A DNA stretch of 64,000 bases from Fidelibacterota bacterium. Its GTDB lineage: Bacteria > Fidelibacterota > UBA8477 > JABMPR01. Location of the stretch: positions 115,183-179,182 of the forward strand of contig JAERTJ010000086.1 of assembly GCA_016844945.1 (NCBI GenBank), given 5' to 3'. Numbering within the stretch: position 1 is the stretch's first letter; each line of letters begins with the position of its first letter. Positions 50,575 through 59,538 of the stretch are shown piece by piece. The notes under the pieces were generated by a model. That model was given only the letters and a program-made list of their open reading frames with translations, made no database searches and was not told the origin of the DNA. The position numbers and the translations under genes are program-made.

Positions 50575-50670
50575 ATTCGCTCCATATTTTAAAATCGGGG
50601 CAATGTAATCCCTGATGCGGGCACATCAATAACTGACATTTGTGAAGTTGTTTAAATCTGGGGATAGCGA

Positions 50671-51069
50671 CTAATTACGTCTGAGTCTCTGAATAAGGGG
50701 TAAAACATCTTCCTGCTCCTTCTGGAGAGGCTGGGAATCATCAACCCACTGTTGTTTCTCTTCTACCACAGGTGATGGTTCAGGAATCTCTGGATAAGTC
50801 TCTTCTTCTGATTCGAGATCTGGTTCCAGGGACTCAGATTGAGGTTCTACTGTTTCATTAAACATGTTGCCTCTACCCAGAATCAGCCAGTTGAAGTCTA
50901 GATCATATTCTTCAGAGAGGGGCACGAGTTTGGTACATTTGATTTCCCGTTCTCCCATTTCCCAGTAAATAATTGTTCTTTTGCCAAGCCCACACAGGCT
51001 TGCGACTTCCCTCTGGGTTAGACCTACAGCAGCTCTGAATTCTCTCAATCTATCTGCAACTGATGACAT
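50671..51069 (-). CDS. XRE family HTH regulator with acidic tail
   Basis: RLREFR..GLTQREVA..WEMGER, DFNWLILGRG; GAGG RBS. Confidence 0.85.
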   Translation of the reverse strand: MSSVADRLREFRAAVGLTQREVASLCGLGKRTIIYWEMGEREIKCTKLVPLSEEYDLDFNWLILGRGNMFNETVEPQSESLEPDLESEEETYPEIPEPSPVVEEKQQWVDDSQPLQKEQEDVLPLIQRLRRN

Positions 51070-51164
51070 GATTCCTCATTTCTTGAACTGCAATAATATG
51101 CACCTCGAATCGTCTAAAATAAAAGTCAAAAGATCAGGATTTTGATAACTGTTTCCTTGATGAT

Positions 51165-51198
51165 CAACTCAGTCTTAAAAATCACAACTCAGGCTTAA
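51165..51198. promoter_or_regulatory. Direct repeat, putative regulator site
   Basis: CAACTCAGTCTTAA and CAACTCAGGCTTAA, 20-bp period. Confidence 0.5.
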
Positions 51199-51263
51199 TT
51201 TACAAAAGCATGTCCGCTGGAATTTTATTATGAATCGCGAGATCAACTTTCCATATTCGCCCG

Positions 51264-53783
51264 ATGAAATTCAAAGCTCTCATGTTCCTATTCCTGCTGT
51301 TCCTGGTGTCTGTCAGCACAGTTCTCTCAGAACAATCTATCAATGGGTTTATTCGTGAGGACAAGACTGGTGAGCCTCTCCCCTATGCCAACATCATCTT
51401 ACCTGATCTCAACCGCGGTGCTACTTCAAACACTGAAGGTTATTTTGTGATTAGTGATGTACCGGTTGGTTCTCACAAGCTGGTGGTTTCAATCATCGGA
51501 TATAGCCCTGAAGAACACCTTGTACAACTCCCGGTCGATATGAATTTGCGTCTCGACCTGCGACTTGTACAGGCAGTGATTGAAGGTCAGTCCATTGAAG
51601 TCAGTGCAGAACGGGAAAAATTTAAGGAGCTGGTGAGCACAAGTACGGTCACACTTGACCGGAGAGCTATCGAGGTGGCACCATCTTTTGTTGAAGCTGA
51701 TGTGTTCCGAGCGCTTCAACTTCTTCCAGGTGTTCAATCACTCAATGATTTCTCATCAGCACTCTATGTCCGTGGTTCCACGCCTGACCAGAACTTAATT
51801 ATGCTAGATGGCATCACCGTTTACAACCCCATGCATCTCGGAGGTGTTTTTTCAACATTTAATACTGATGCCATCAAAGAGGCGGAATTCCATGCGGGTG
51901 GGTTTCCTGCCCGGTATGGTGGACGATTAGGCTCCATTCTGAATGTCGTTAACCGTGAAGGCAATACTGAAGAGATGAGTGGCAGTGCAAACATCTCTCT
52001 GATTTCAAGTAAAGCCCTTGTCGAAGGACCATTACCCACCGGCGATTCAGAAACCTTAAAAGGATCCTGGATGCTTGCCGGTCGCCGTACATACTTTGAT
52101 CTCATTGCCAATACGGGATGGAAATATTTAATAAAACCGACACTTGATCCAGATGAGCAGGAAAATGCCCCAGATAATATTATGCCCTATTACTTCTATG
52201 ATTTCCAGGGCAAATTGAATCTGGATATTGGTTCGGATCATCGCCTGACCTGGAGTTCATTTTATGGTGATGATGTCCTTTACTGGAACTATGATTATAG
52301 CTATTCCTCAGAAGAGGATAATTATGCCTATGAATCAATTGATTCAGATTACAACTATGAGAACGAAGAGAGCAATACCTTCGATTGGCGTTGGGGGAAT
52401 TTTACCAATAGCCTGAGCTGGCGCTGGATCATCAATCCCAAGTTGATTGCACGCACGGCTATTGCCAACAGTCGATTTCGTTTTGAAGTTGATTTTGATT
52501 TTGATGACCAGGGCCGTTCCCATAGTCCGATGGATACCAACACCTGGGCATCTAATTATGGCTTTGATCTGTTTGACCGTATTAATGACAAGAGTTTTGA
52601 GACTTCTCTAACCTGGCTATATAGTGATAAACATAAAATTTCTTCAGGCTTACAACTCAAACGGGTTCATTTCAATCTGGGAATGATTATTGGAATGGAG
52701 GAATCTACTGAGGACTATCACAACACATTTCTTGACACCCTGATGTGGATGGAGTCCAGACCTACTGAAAGTGCCTTCTACATCCAGGACCAATGGGAGG
52801 TCAATTCATTACTCTCTGTGCAGAGTGGGTTTAGAATTGCCGGATATTCTCTACATGATAAAACCTACATGGAACCGCGATTAGGTCTAAAATATTTTCT
52901 GACTGAAAACTTGTCCCTTAAGGCTTCTGCCGGTCGCTATCACCAATTCTTGACAGTTGCTAATCCTCCGGATGAGAATCTGAGGTTTCTGGATATCTGG
53001 TTTGGAGTTCCAGATGATAGACTGGCTCCACGTTCAGATCATTTTATCATGGGTGCTGAGTATCTTACCAACACTGACATCCTCCTGCGTATGGAAGGCT
53101 ATCATAAATCTTTCGATAATCTGCTGACCCTAAAACCGACAGAATTACTCACAGTTGCTGATGACGGAACTATTCATCTGGATCCGTTCAATGAATTTTG
53201 GGATACTGATGCTTATGCAAATGGCCTGGAAATTCTGGTGAAAAAGCTTTCGGGAAAAGTTCGAGGTTGGGCAGGTTATACCTATGCCGTCACTCAGAGA
53301 AAATATGAAGGGCAAGACTGGTATTACCCGAAGTATGATCGTACACATACACTTAATGTTGTTGCCGATTGGGCACTTTCCAAAAAACTGCACTTTAGCA
53401 CCGCTATTACCTATTCTGGTGGGAATCCATACACGGCTGTGATCGGGCGATCAGAGTCCTATCAGGACAATCAGTGGTCCACAAACAATCAATGGAATGT
53501 ATGGCCGAATTATCTTTATGGTGAGCGTAACGCCGCCCGTTATCCCGGATATTTCAGATGGGATGTCAGTTTTAAGAGAAAAGCTCCCTTTCGGAATGGC
53601 TCCTGGGAATGGTATTTCCAGATTTTAAATGTGACAAACCATTTGAATACCTTTAGTTATATCTATAGACAAAATGAAGATTTTAATTTTGAAACGGGTG
53701 AAATCACGAACAAAGGGGTTCAACGATTTGGCATACCCATGTTTCCATTCTTTCCAACTTTTGGGGTGAAATTTGAATTCTAA
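51264..53783 (+). CDS. TonB-dependent receptor
   Basis: GEPLPYANI, LQLLPGV, VRGSTPDQN, FPARYGGRLGS, C-terminal FEF. Confidence 0.92.
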   Translation: MKFKALMFLFLLFLVSVSTVLSEQSINGFIREDKTGEPLPYANIILPDLNRGATSNTEGYFVISDVPVGSHKLVVSIIGYSPEEHLVQLPVDMNLRLDLRLVQAVIEGQSIEVSAEREKFKELVSTSTVTLDRRAIEVAPSFVEADVFRALQLLPGVQSLNDFSSALYVRGSTPDQNLIMLDGITVYNPMHLGGVFSTFNTDAIKEAEFHAGGFPARYGGRLGSILNVVNREGNTEEMSGSANISLISSKALVEGPLPTGDSETLKGSWMLAGRRTYFDLIANTGWKYLIKPTLDPDEQENAPDNIMPYYFYDFQGKLNLDIGSDHRLTWSSFYGDDVLYWNYDYSYSSEEDNYAYESIDSDYNYENEESNTFDWRWGNFTNSLSWRWIINPKLIARTAIANSRFRFEVDFDFDDQGRSHSPMDTNTWASNYGFDLFDRINDKSFETSLTWLYSDKHKISSGLQLKRVHFNLGMIIGMEESTEDYHNTFLDTLMWMESRPTESAFYIQDQWEVNSLLSVQSGFRIAGYSLHDKTYMEPRLGLKYFLTENLSLKASAGRYHQFLTVANPPDENLRFLDIWFGVPDDRLAPRSDHFIMGAEYLTNTDILLRMEGYHKSFDNLLTLKPTELLTVADDGTIHLDPFNEFWDTDAYANGLEILVKKLSGKVRGWAGYTYAVTQRKYEGQDWYYPKYDRTHTLNVVADWALSKKLHFSTAITYSGGNPYTAVIGRSESYQDNQWSTNNQWNVWPNYLYGERNAARYPGYFRWDVSFKRKAPFRNGSWEWYFQILNVTNHLNTFSYIYRQNEDFNFETGEITNKGVQRFGIPMFPFFPTFGVKFEF

Positions 53784-54831
53784 ATTCTCACAACCCTCTC
53801 CTCCGGACATTGAGCTCGTCGAAATGTCCACAAGCCATAGAAAAATCCTTGGATTACTCAATGCTATAAACCTCAGGCACGAGAGACAGGTTGTGTCATC
53901 TAGATACCCAGGACCGCTTCATATTCTGAAACCTGCGATCCTACTCCTCGTGCTCCTCTTGATAACCTCATGTGGGAATTGGGGTTGGGAATCCATTGAA
54001 ACAGATAATGAAGAAAAGTTAAACGTCTTCGGATTAATCAGTCTTGATGGGGACCTTGAAAGCTTTGTAGTTGTTCACAAAACCCTGGAAACCTCAGGTC
54101 CTGATCAAATAAAAGTCGGTGAAGATAGCTGGGGAAATCCAATTTATGAATCTCTGTATGTAGTTAAGGATGCTCACGTGCTTATCTCTGATGGTGTCAA
54201 TGAATATGTTTTCGAGAGGAGTCCTACACCTGCGGGATCAGAGGATGATTATAGATGGTATGGTGATATTGATAGTGATCCTGGTATATATAAAAACACT
54301 GACAATACATTTACACCTCATTCGAATACGGAGTACACATTAAGAGTAACCACGCCTGCAGGTCTCGAATTACAGGGCTCGACGCAAACGCCACCCTACC
54401 CCCAGATCAATGAATATGCATTGCCGGATACAGTTTCCATCCGTGAATTGTTTAAAGTTCAATGGCATCAAGGCGGTGACTGGGCATCCACCATCGTAAC
54501 GGAGAAGCTGGTACGACAGGACGAATTCATTTGTGGTTTAGAGCAGTATGGGATCAATCAACCCGGGGATACCAGTTGGACCTCAAGTGTCCAATCCTGG
54601 TGTTATGAGTATGAGCCTGATCCAGGCGCTACGGCAAGAATGAAAATTCGCCTACGCTTTCACGATGAAAATTATTACAACTATTTCCTGGCTTCCGAGG
54701 ATGAGGCAGGTGAGATTTCCAACATTCTGATCGGAGAGGGTGGGGTTGGAAAGGCTGAAGGCGTTACAGGAGGTTTTGGTGTTTTCGGTGCCATCAGTAG
54801 TGATTATACCATGCGAATTGCAATCCCCTGA
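53773..54831 (+). CDS. DUF4249-like lipoprotein
   Basis: Lipobox ITSC, C-terminal GGFGVFGA, directly after a TonB receptor; start uncertain. Confidence 0.72.
   Translation: MNSKFSQPSPPDIELVEMSTSHRKILGLLNAINLRHERQVVSSRYPGPLHILKPAILLLVLLLITSCGNWGWESIETDNEEKLNVFGLISLDGDLESFVVVHKTLETSGPDQIKVGEDSWGNPIYESLYVVKDAHVLISDGVNEYVFERSPTPAGSEDDYRWYGDIDSDPGIYKNTDNTFTPHSNTEYTLRVTTPAGLELQGSTQTPPYPQINEYALPDTVSIRELFKVQWHQGGDWASTIVTEKLVRQDEFICGLEQYGINQPGDTSWTSSVQSWCYEYEPDPGATARMKIRLRFHDENYYNYFLASEDEAGEISNILIGEGGVGKAEGVTGGFGVFGAISSDYTMRIAIP
53805..53829 (+). repeat. REP-like palindrome
   Basis: GGACATTGAGCTCGTCGAAATGTCC with GGACATT/AATGTCC arms. Confidence 0.6.
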
Positions 54832-54833
54832 TT

Positions 54834-56762
54834 CTATTTCAAGTAAACGACTTTGGAATGAGCATATATGCTTGAGTTGGTACTCGACTCACTGAAGCCA
54901 ACCTGGATCAGGTATACACCAGATTCAACGGATTGACCACTGCTATCCTTTCCCTTCCAGATGAAATCAAATGGCTCCTTTGCGAGATTCGATTGAAGTT
55001 TTTCAAGAATCAATTCGCCTCGTAAACTGTATATCTGGATACTTAGATTGCCTGGTTGCGGGATATCCACCTTGATGGTTGTCTGGGGGTTAAAAGGATT
55101 TGGATAATGATCCACATTTAATGTTGTTTGAGGCAACACTGGTTCGATGTCAGTCGCAGAAATGTTGATACTGGTTGAGTCCAGAACAATGGGCGCCAGG
55201 TTCATCTGATCATAATAAGATTGAAACTCTATAACTTCCGGCATGTCGTGTTCGAATAGGTCCTGAGCAAAACGCGGTGCTATGGTCTGGTAATTCATTT
55301 TGGCAGTGATCATGTAGTTCGATTGTGGATTCAGATTTGAAATCAGATAGTGTACTTTATCCATACCCGTGCCTTCAACCGAGCCATCCCTGTTAAAATC
55401 AATATCCCCCTGGGCAAGACCAATAATTGCAGTTGAATCTACAGCAACACCCATGGAAGTATAGCCTAGAGGAGGAATCCGATTATCCTTCAGATATCCT
55501 GCGATCCTGAGGAGTGTATAGGTTTTGGCTCCATTGAGATCTGAGGGGATGTTTTGATAAATTTGAACCTGGTCTTCTGAGTCAATCAATTGATGGTGAG
55601 GTTCATATCCTTCATCCAAACCAACAATCTCACCTGATGCATCCCAGGCACCTGAATGAAACTGCACAATTCCGCTCTCATCCATGACTTTGAGTTCAAG
55701 CCAGGCACGTCTGCTGGGATAGGCTGTGGGGAACTTGTGACCACTTAGATTTTCAACATTTAGAGACACTGTCAATAGATCATCGCCTTCACTCCAGGCA
55801 GCTGAGAGGTCGAGATGAACTGAATGGTTTTGGAGCATATCCATCGTTCTTGATATACTTGAATCAAAATGGGCAGTACTGGCAGTAACCTCAAGTTCTG
55901 AGCTAAAATCACGCAACATGCGGAGCATAAATACATTTCCACCAACAAACTCATGCGTATGCAGCGGATTTCTATCATTCAACCAGGGTGGACGATTAGC
56001 GATCGCAATATTTTCCTCTATCGCTGGCATGTGACAGGTCTGACACTCGATACCCTGCTCAGGGTATACGCTATTCAACCATTCAAGGTAGGGCACCTGC
56101 TCCGGTGCTTCTCCAGCAATTTGTCCGTCGTCATCAACGTAAGGAGTAAACAGGGTATGACAGGTCGCACACATCTCTGAGCTCGAGACATGATCACTGA
56201 ATTCAGGTCTATAGTTAATCATGTTGATCATAGGACCTGTGACGGGGTTCTCGAAGGGCCCATAGATTTTTCGCTCATCACCAATGCTGTAATGCCCGGA
56301 GAAGCTCTCACCCTGACCCAGATTCTGATCCTGAATTTGGTGGCAGCCAGCACAACTCACTCCATCCATCGCCAGAGGATCGATCAACATTTCAGAAATG
56401 GTATAACTTTCACTCCCTGTCAAGATAGCCTCGGTTCGTCCCATCGGGGCATGGCAGGTCGAGCATTTGTCTTCAATTATCGATTGCAGTTCAGGATGTG
56501 CTGAAATCTCAGCCTGAACTTTTGCCTGCCAGAGGGGGTCTTTGGCAGAGTTTGCCATCATGGTTGACCGCCACCAGCTGGCCTGTGATACATTCTGTCC
56601 CTGGTTATCAACCAATGCTCCGGGATTGGGGTCACCCTGACTATGGCACGTTGCACAGGATCCTGAACCCACAAATAAGGTCGATGAACCAGTGGGTAAA
56701 GCCTGAGCAGCCAGCCCGGATGTTAGTAATAAAGCAATAATTTGTATGCGAACCTTTTTCAT
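54834..56762 (-). CDS. Pentaheme c-type cytochrome with T9SS type-A/FlgD-Ig C-terminal domain
   Basis: Signal peptide; CATCH, CSTCH, CAGCH, CATCH, CQTCH; YPNPFNP...WKGKD...SGVY...KVVYLK. Confidence 0.88.
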   Translation of the reverse strand: MKKVRIQIIALLLTSGLAAQALPTGSSTLFVGSGSCATCHSQGDPNPGALVDNQGQNVSQASWWRSTMMANSAKDPLWQAKVQAEISAHPELQSIIEDKCSTCHAPMGRTEAILTGSESYTISEMLIDPLAMDGVSCAGCHQIQDQNLGQGESFSGHYSIGDERKIYGPFENPVTGPMINMINYRPEFSDHVSSSEMCATCHTLFTPYVDDDGQIAGEAPEQVPYLEWLNSVYPEQGIECQTCHMPAIEENIAIANRPPWLNDRNPLHTHEFVGGNVFMLRMLRDFSSELEVTASTAHFDSSISRTMDMLQNHSVHLDLSAAWSEGDDLLTVSLNVENLSGHKFPTAYPSRRAWLELKVMDESGIVQFHSGAWDASGEIVGLDEGYEPHHQLIDSEDQVQIYQNIPSDLNGAKTYTLLRIAGYLKDNRIPPLGYTSMGVAVDSTAIIGLAQGDIDFNRDGSVEGTGMDKVHYLISNLNPQSNYMITAKMNYQTIAPRFAQDLFEHDMPEVIEFQSYYDQMNLAPIVLDSTSINISATDIEPVLPQTTLNVDHYPNPFNPQTTIKVDIPQPGNLSIQIYSLRGELILEKLQSNLAKEPFDFIWKGKDSSGQSVESGVYLIQVGFSESSTNSSIYAHSKVVYLK

Positions 56763-56869
56763 CAATCACTTCTTTTCAAGTTTCATCGCCTCGTTGAAAA
56801 TCAACTGCCCCAACAAATGTCAGGGCAATTGATACAGGGAGGAAGTCCCTTCACAGGGACAGTTAACTT

Positions 56870-57358
56870 TTATGGACGACCCATTCTACCCGGGCGATTC
56901 TCTCTGCGACCGGAATTTCTTCCACCACGGTCACCTTGATCTTGACGAGGTCCACGATTTCCACGGGGTCCAAACTCATGCTGATCAAATACAATTTGCT
57001 GGTCAGGGGTTAAAAGTGCTCTGATCTCTCCGCGATGTGAATTCATTAATGCATCCATGGCAGTCCGGTTGGCAGCAATTGCAGCTTCCAATTCGGCGAT
57101 TCTCTCAGCATCAGGATTGTCACTACGATTAAGCTCACGCAATTCTCTTTCCAGGGATCGGGTTGTCTGGCGAATTTCCTGCATGGCAGGTTGCATGGCA
57201 TCCCGAAGCTCGGTAATGGCTTGCATTTGTTCAGTAGTGAGGTTTAAGTTTTCATCCCAGGTTAATTGTCTACCCCCTCCCCGACGACCCTGTGACAGGG
57301 CGATGGAGGCAGTAAGTATGATCAACAATAGTATTCTAAATTTCATTCTTAACTCCAT
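56870..57358 (-). CDS. Spy/CpxP/ZraP-like periplasmic protein
   Basis: Signal peptide, LNLTTEQ and LLTPDQ motifs, RG-rich ends; TAATG overlap with upstream gene. Confidence 0.85.
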   Translation of the reverse strand: MELRMKFRILLLIILTASIALSQGRRGGGRQLTWDENLNLTTEQMQAITELRDAMQPAMQEIRQTTRSLERELRELNRSDNPDAERIAELEAAIAANRTAMDALMNSHRGEIRALLTPDQQIVFDQHEFGPRGNRGPRQDQGDRGGRNSGRRENRPGRMGRP

Positions 57359-58521
57359 TAATTATTAATATTTAAAGTAACACTGTAATTTCTACTTGCA
57401 TAATCATATAGCGGGTCATTCGAGCTATTTACGGTCCAACCGCTATTAAGGACCAGCTCAATTCCAGGAACCCACATATTGACAGATCTATCCAGAATTA
57501 CACTCCAATTAAATTGAACACTCATGTTTTCATCTGATCGATCGATCCCCAGATCAACATAAGCTTCATCCTCGATGACATACTCCTGATTCTCAAAATC
57601 AAAGGCATAAACTGGAACATCTAGATAATCCTTTCCGCGTAGCGAATAGGATAGCTTCAAAGTGTTTCTGGTATTCATTTTATAATTGAGTCGAAATGAG
57701 GTTGAAGCACCTGTCCATCTGAAGCGATCGATAAACGGGTTGTTGATTGCATCCTGCCAATTGAGTAGGCTGGCTGAGTCATTGAGGAGGGATTGGTAAC
57801 CTAACCATCCGGTGAATCCCATTTTTTGACCGATTGACTGGCTCACGCGAAGTTCAGATCTCAATAATTGATTATCAGGAATTTGTTCCACATCATAGCT
57901 GTCGATCCAGAAATTCTGAAAGGCAATAGAATTTCTGAGGTTGATTGATGTCCGGGTCTGGAAGGACTGGTTGTAGGTAAGGTACAATTCATGATCTGTA
58001 TTTGATGCTTCTTCAACTTCTTCAAACTGATTGAAATTCAAGTCGTACCCTGAAATGATCAGCTGTGTGGTTTTGAAGTAGTGCTTCCATTTTAAATAGA
58101 GCCCATATCCGTTGCTATTGAAATAACTATAGTCATCATGATAGCGATTCAGAAATGCATACAACCCACCATAGATCTGATTGTCCTGGATGTCCAGATA
58201 GCGCAGTTGCACACCGACTTCTCCATCGTTGGAGGAATATTGAGCATAAGGATATATCTGCATGTGGGATACATCTACATATGCCCGTAATTTATCGCTG
58301 AGGATTGAGCTGAATGTGAATGAGCTGGTTCCATATGAAGCATCGTCAAGCAACTTGCTTCCCAGAAGATAATCTGCATTCCCGATTACGTTATCAAAGG
58401 TGAATGAATTATCACCAGCCTTTACTTCAACAGATGTAAAAGCAACGAGCAGAAATAGATTTGCCAGGATCGACCTTAGAAGTGTGTCTATCATTCTGTG
58501 ATTTCTGGTTTCCATTGGCAA
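57358..58521 (-). CDS. Probable outer-membrane beta-barrel protein
   Basis: Signal-like segment, alternating aromatic strands, ends NSSNDPLYDY...YSVTLNINN. Confidence 0.65.
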   Translation of the reverse strand: MPMETRNHRMIDTLLRSILANLFLLVAFTSVEVKAGDNSFTFDNVIGNADYLLGSKLLDDASYGTSSFTFSSILSDKLRAYVDVSHMQIYPYAQYSSNDGEVGVQLRYLDIQDNQIYGGLYAFLNRYHDDYSYFNSNGYGLYLKWKHYFKTTQLIISGYDLNFNQFEEVEEASNTDHELYLTYNQSFQTRTSINLRNSIAFQNFWIDSYDVEQIPDNQLLRSELRVSQSIGQKMGFTGWLGYQSLLNDSASLLNWQDAINNPFIDRFRWTGASTSFRLNYKMNTRNTLKLSYSLRGKDYLDVPVYAFDFENQEYVIEDEAYVDLGIDRSDENMSVQFNWSVILDRSVNMWVPGIELVLNSGWTVNSSNDPLYDYASRNYSVTLNINN

Positions 58522-58578
58522 GATATCCTATTGACCTCTATTTGACTTCACAATATACAATTGGATTATCTACAGTCA

Positions 58579-58600
58579 GGGGAGGATTTGCATCCTCCCC
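58579..58600. other. Intercistronic GC-rich hairpin without U tract
   Basis: GGGGAGGAT-TTGC-ATCCTCCCC. Confidence 0.6.
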
Positions 58601-58616
58601 AACCGTATTTCATTAT

Positions 58617-59228
58617 TTAGTTTACGCTTTTTACCCGGTTTTGTTGTTCAGCGCGAGCACCTGGGTCTCGGCTAAATTCACCTGGGCCAGGTCGAACACC
58701 ACGTCCCCCACGACCAGGTCTGTCACCTTCGCCACCGCGACGTCCACCGCGACGATCATCTCCAAACCTGCCATCTTCAGGACGTACATAGTCTTCATCA
58801 GCATAATTTGGGATACCATCACCGTCATCATCTGGGGCATTATCGTTATAACCATCACCATCTTCATCGATAAATTCACCACCACCATGACGTCCACCTC
58901 GGCCATCTTCTGGACGTACATAGTCCTCATCGTAGCGGTTTGGGATACCATCACCATCATCATCTGGGGCGTTATCATTGTAGCCATCACCATTTTCATC
59001 AACGAAGTTGGGATGCACATAATCTTCATCAGCATAATTAGGAATGCCATCACCATCATCATCTGGCGCGTTGTCATTGTAGCCATCACCGTTTTCATCA
59101 ACGAAACCACCGCCAGGACCATTGCCACCAAAGCCATTTCCTGGTCCCTGAGCATACACTGGACTGGCAATTGCGAACAGACTCATTGCTGCTAACATCA
59201 CCAGAAGTGTCATCAGATTCTTTTTCAT
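58617..59228 (-). CDS. Secreted protein with three acidic Ca-binding-type repeats
   Basis: AAGGAG RBS, signal peptide, three copies of F(V/I)DE(N/D)GDGYNDNAPDDDGDGIPNxxDEDYVxP, RG-rich tail. Confidence 0.85.
   Translation of the reverse strand: MKKNLMTLLVMLAAMSLFAIASPVYAQGPGNGFGGNGPGGGFVDENGDGYNDNAPDDDGDGIPNYADEDYVHPNFVDENGDGYNDNAPDDDGDGIPNRYDEDYVRPEDGRGGRHGGGEFIDEDGDGYNDNAPDDDGDGIPNYADEDYVRPEDGRFGDDRRGGRRGGEGDRPGRGGRGVRPGPGEFSRDPGARAEQQNRVKSVN
58779..59105 (-). repeat. Intragenic triple repeat
   Basis: Units start at 59105, 59006 and 58874 (periods 99 and 132 nt), many synonymous differences. Confidence 0.85.
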
Positions 59229-59285
59229 TTTGATTCTCCTTATCTTGGTTTGTCTTTTTTCACTCATAACAGTTGCCCCTCATAG

Positions 59286-59301
59286 TCCAATTGCTATGCC
59301 A
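59286..59301 (-). promoter_or_regulatory. Sigma54-like -24/-12 promoter
   Basis: TGGCATAGCAATTGGA versus consensus TGGCACGNNNNTTGCW; -12 reads TTGG. Confidence 0.6.
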
Positions 59302-59390
59302 GAGATTCCCAGGAGAAATTTAATCGTTATATCATACTGTTATTATTGTATTAACACATTCTTGTTTAGTGAACAGGAGAGAAGAATTTT

Positions 59391-59425
59391 TCGACAAAAT
59401 GGGGTGAGTTCGACAATATTGTCGA
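59391..59425. promoter_or_regulatory. Putative enhancer (UAS) for the sigma54 activator
   Basis: Perfect palindrome TCGACAATATTGTCGA (59410-59425) and half-site TCGACAAAAT (59391). Confidence 0.62.
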
Positions 59426-59450
59426 GAAATATACGAATAAATCATCATGT

Positions 59451-59504
59451 GTCATCTCGAGCGGATCCAAGAGATATTTATCCCTCGACTAGGATCGGCA
59501 TGAC
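59451..59504. repeat. REP-like inverted pair
   Basis: GTCATCTCGAGCGGATCCAAGAGAT ... ATCCCTCGACTAGGATCGGCATGAC. Confidence 0.6.
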
Positions 59505-59538
59505 GATTGGAAGGCTTATTTCGGAGGTATGCTAGAAA

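Noticed and set aside
58779-59105. Repeats as a CRISPR array
   Set aside because: In-frame coding repeats with synonymous divergence; no unique spacers or cas genes
58461-59195. Met-rich ORF 58631-59170 and antisense ORF 58461-59195
   Set aside because: Alternative-frame shadows of the GAT/GAC-rich repeat gene; no RBS or signal peptide
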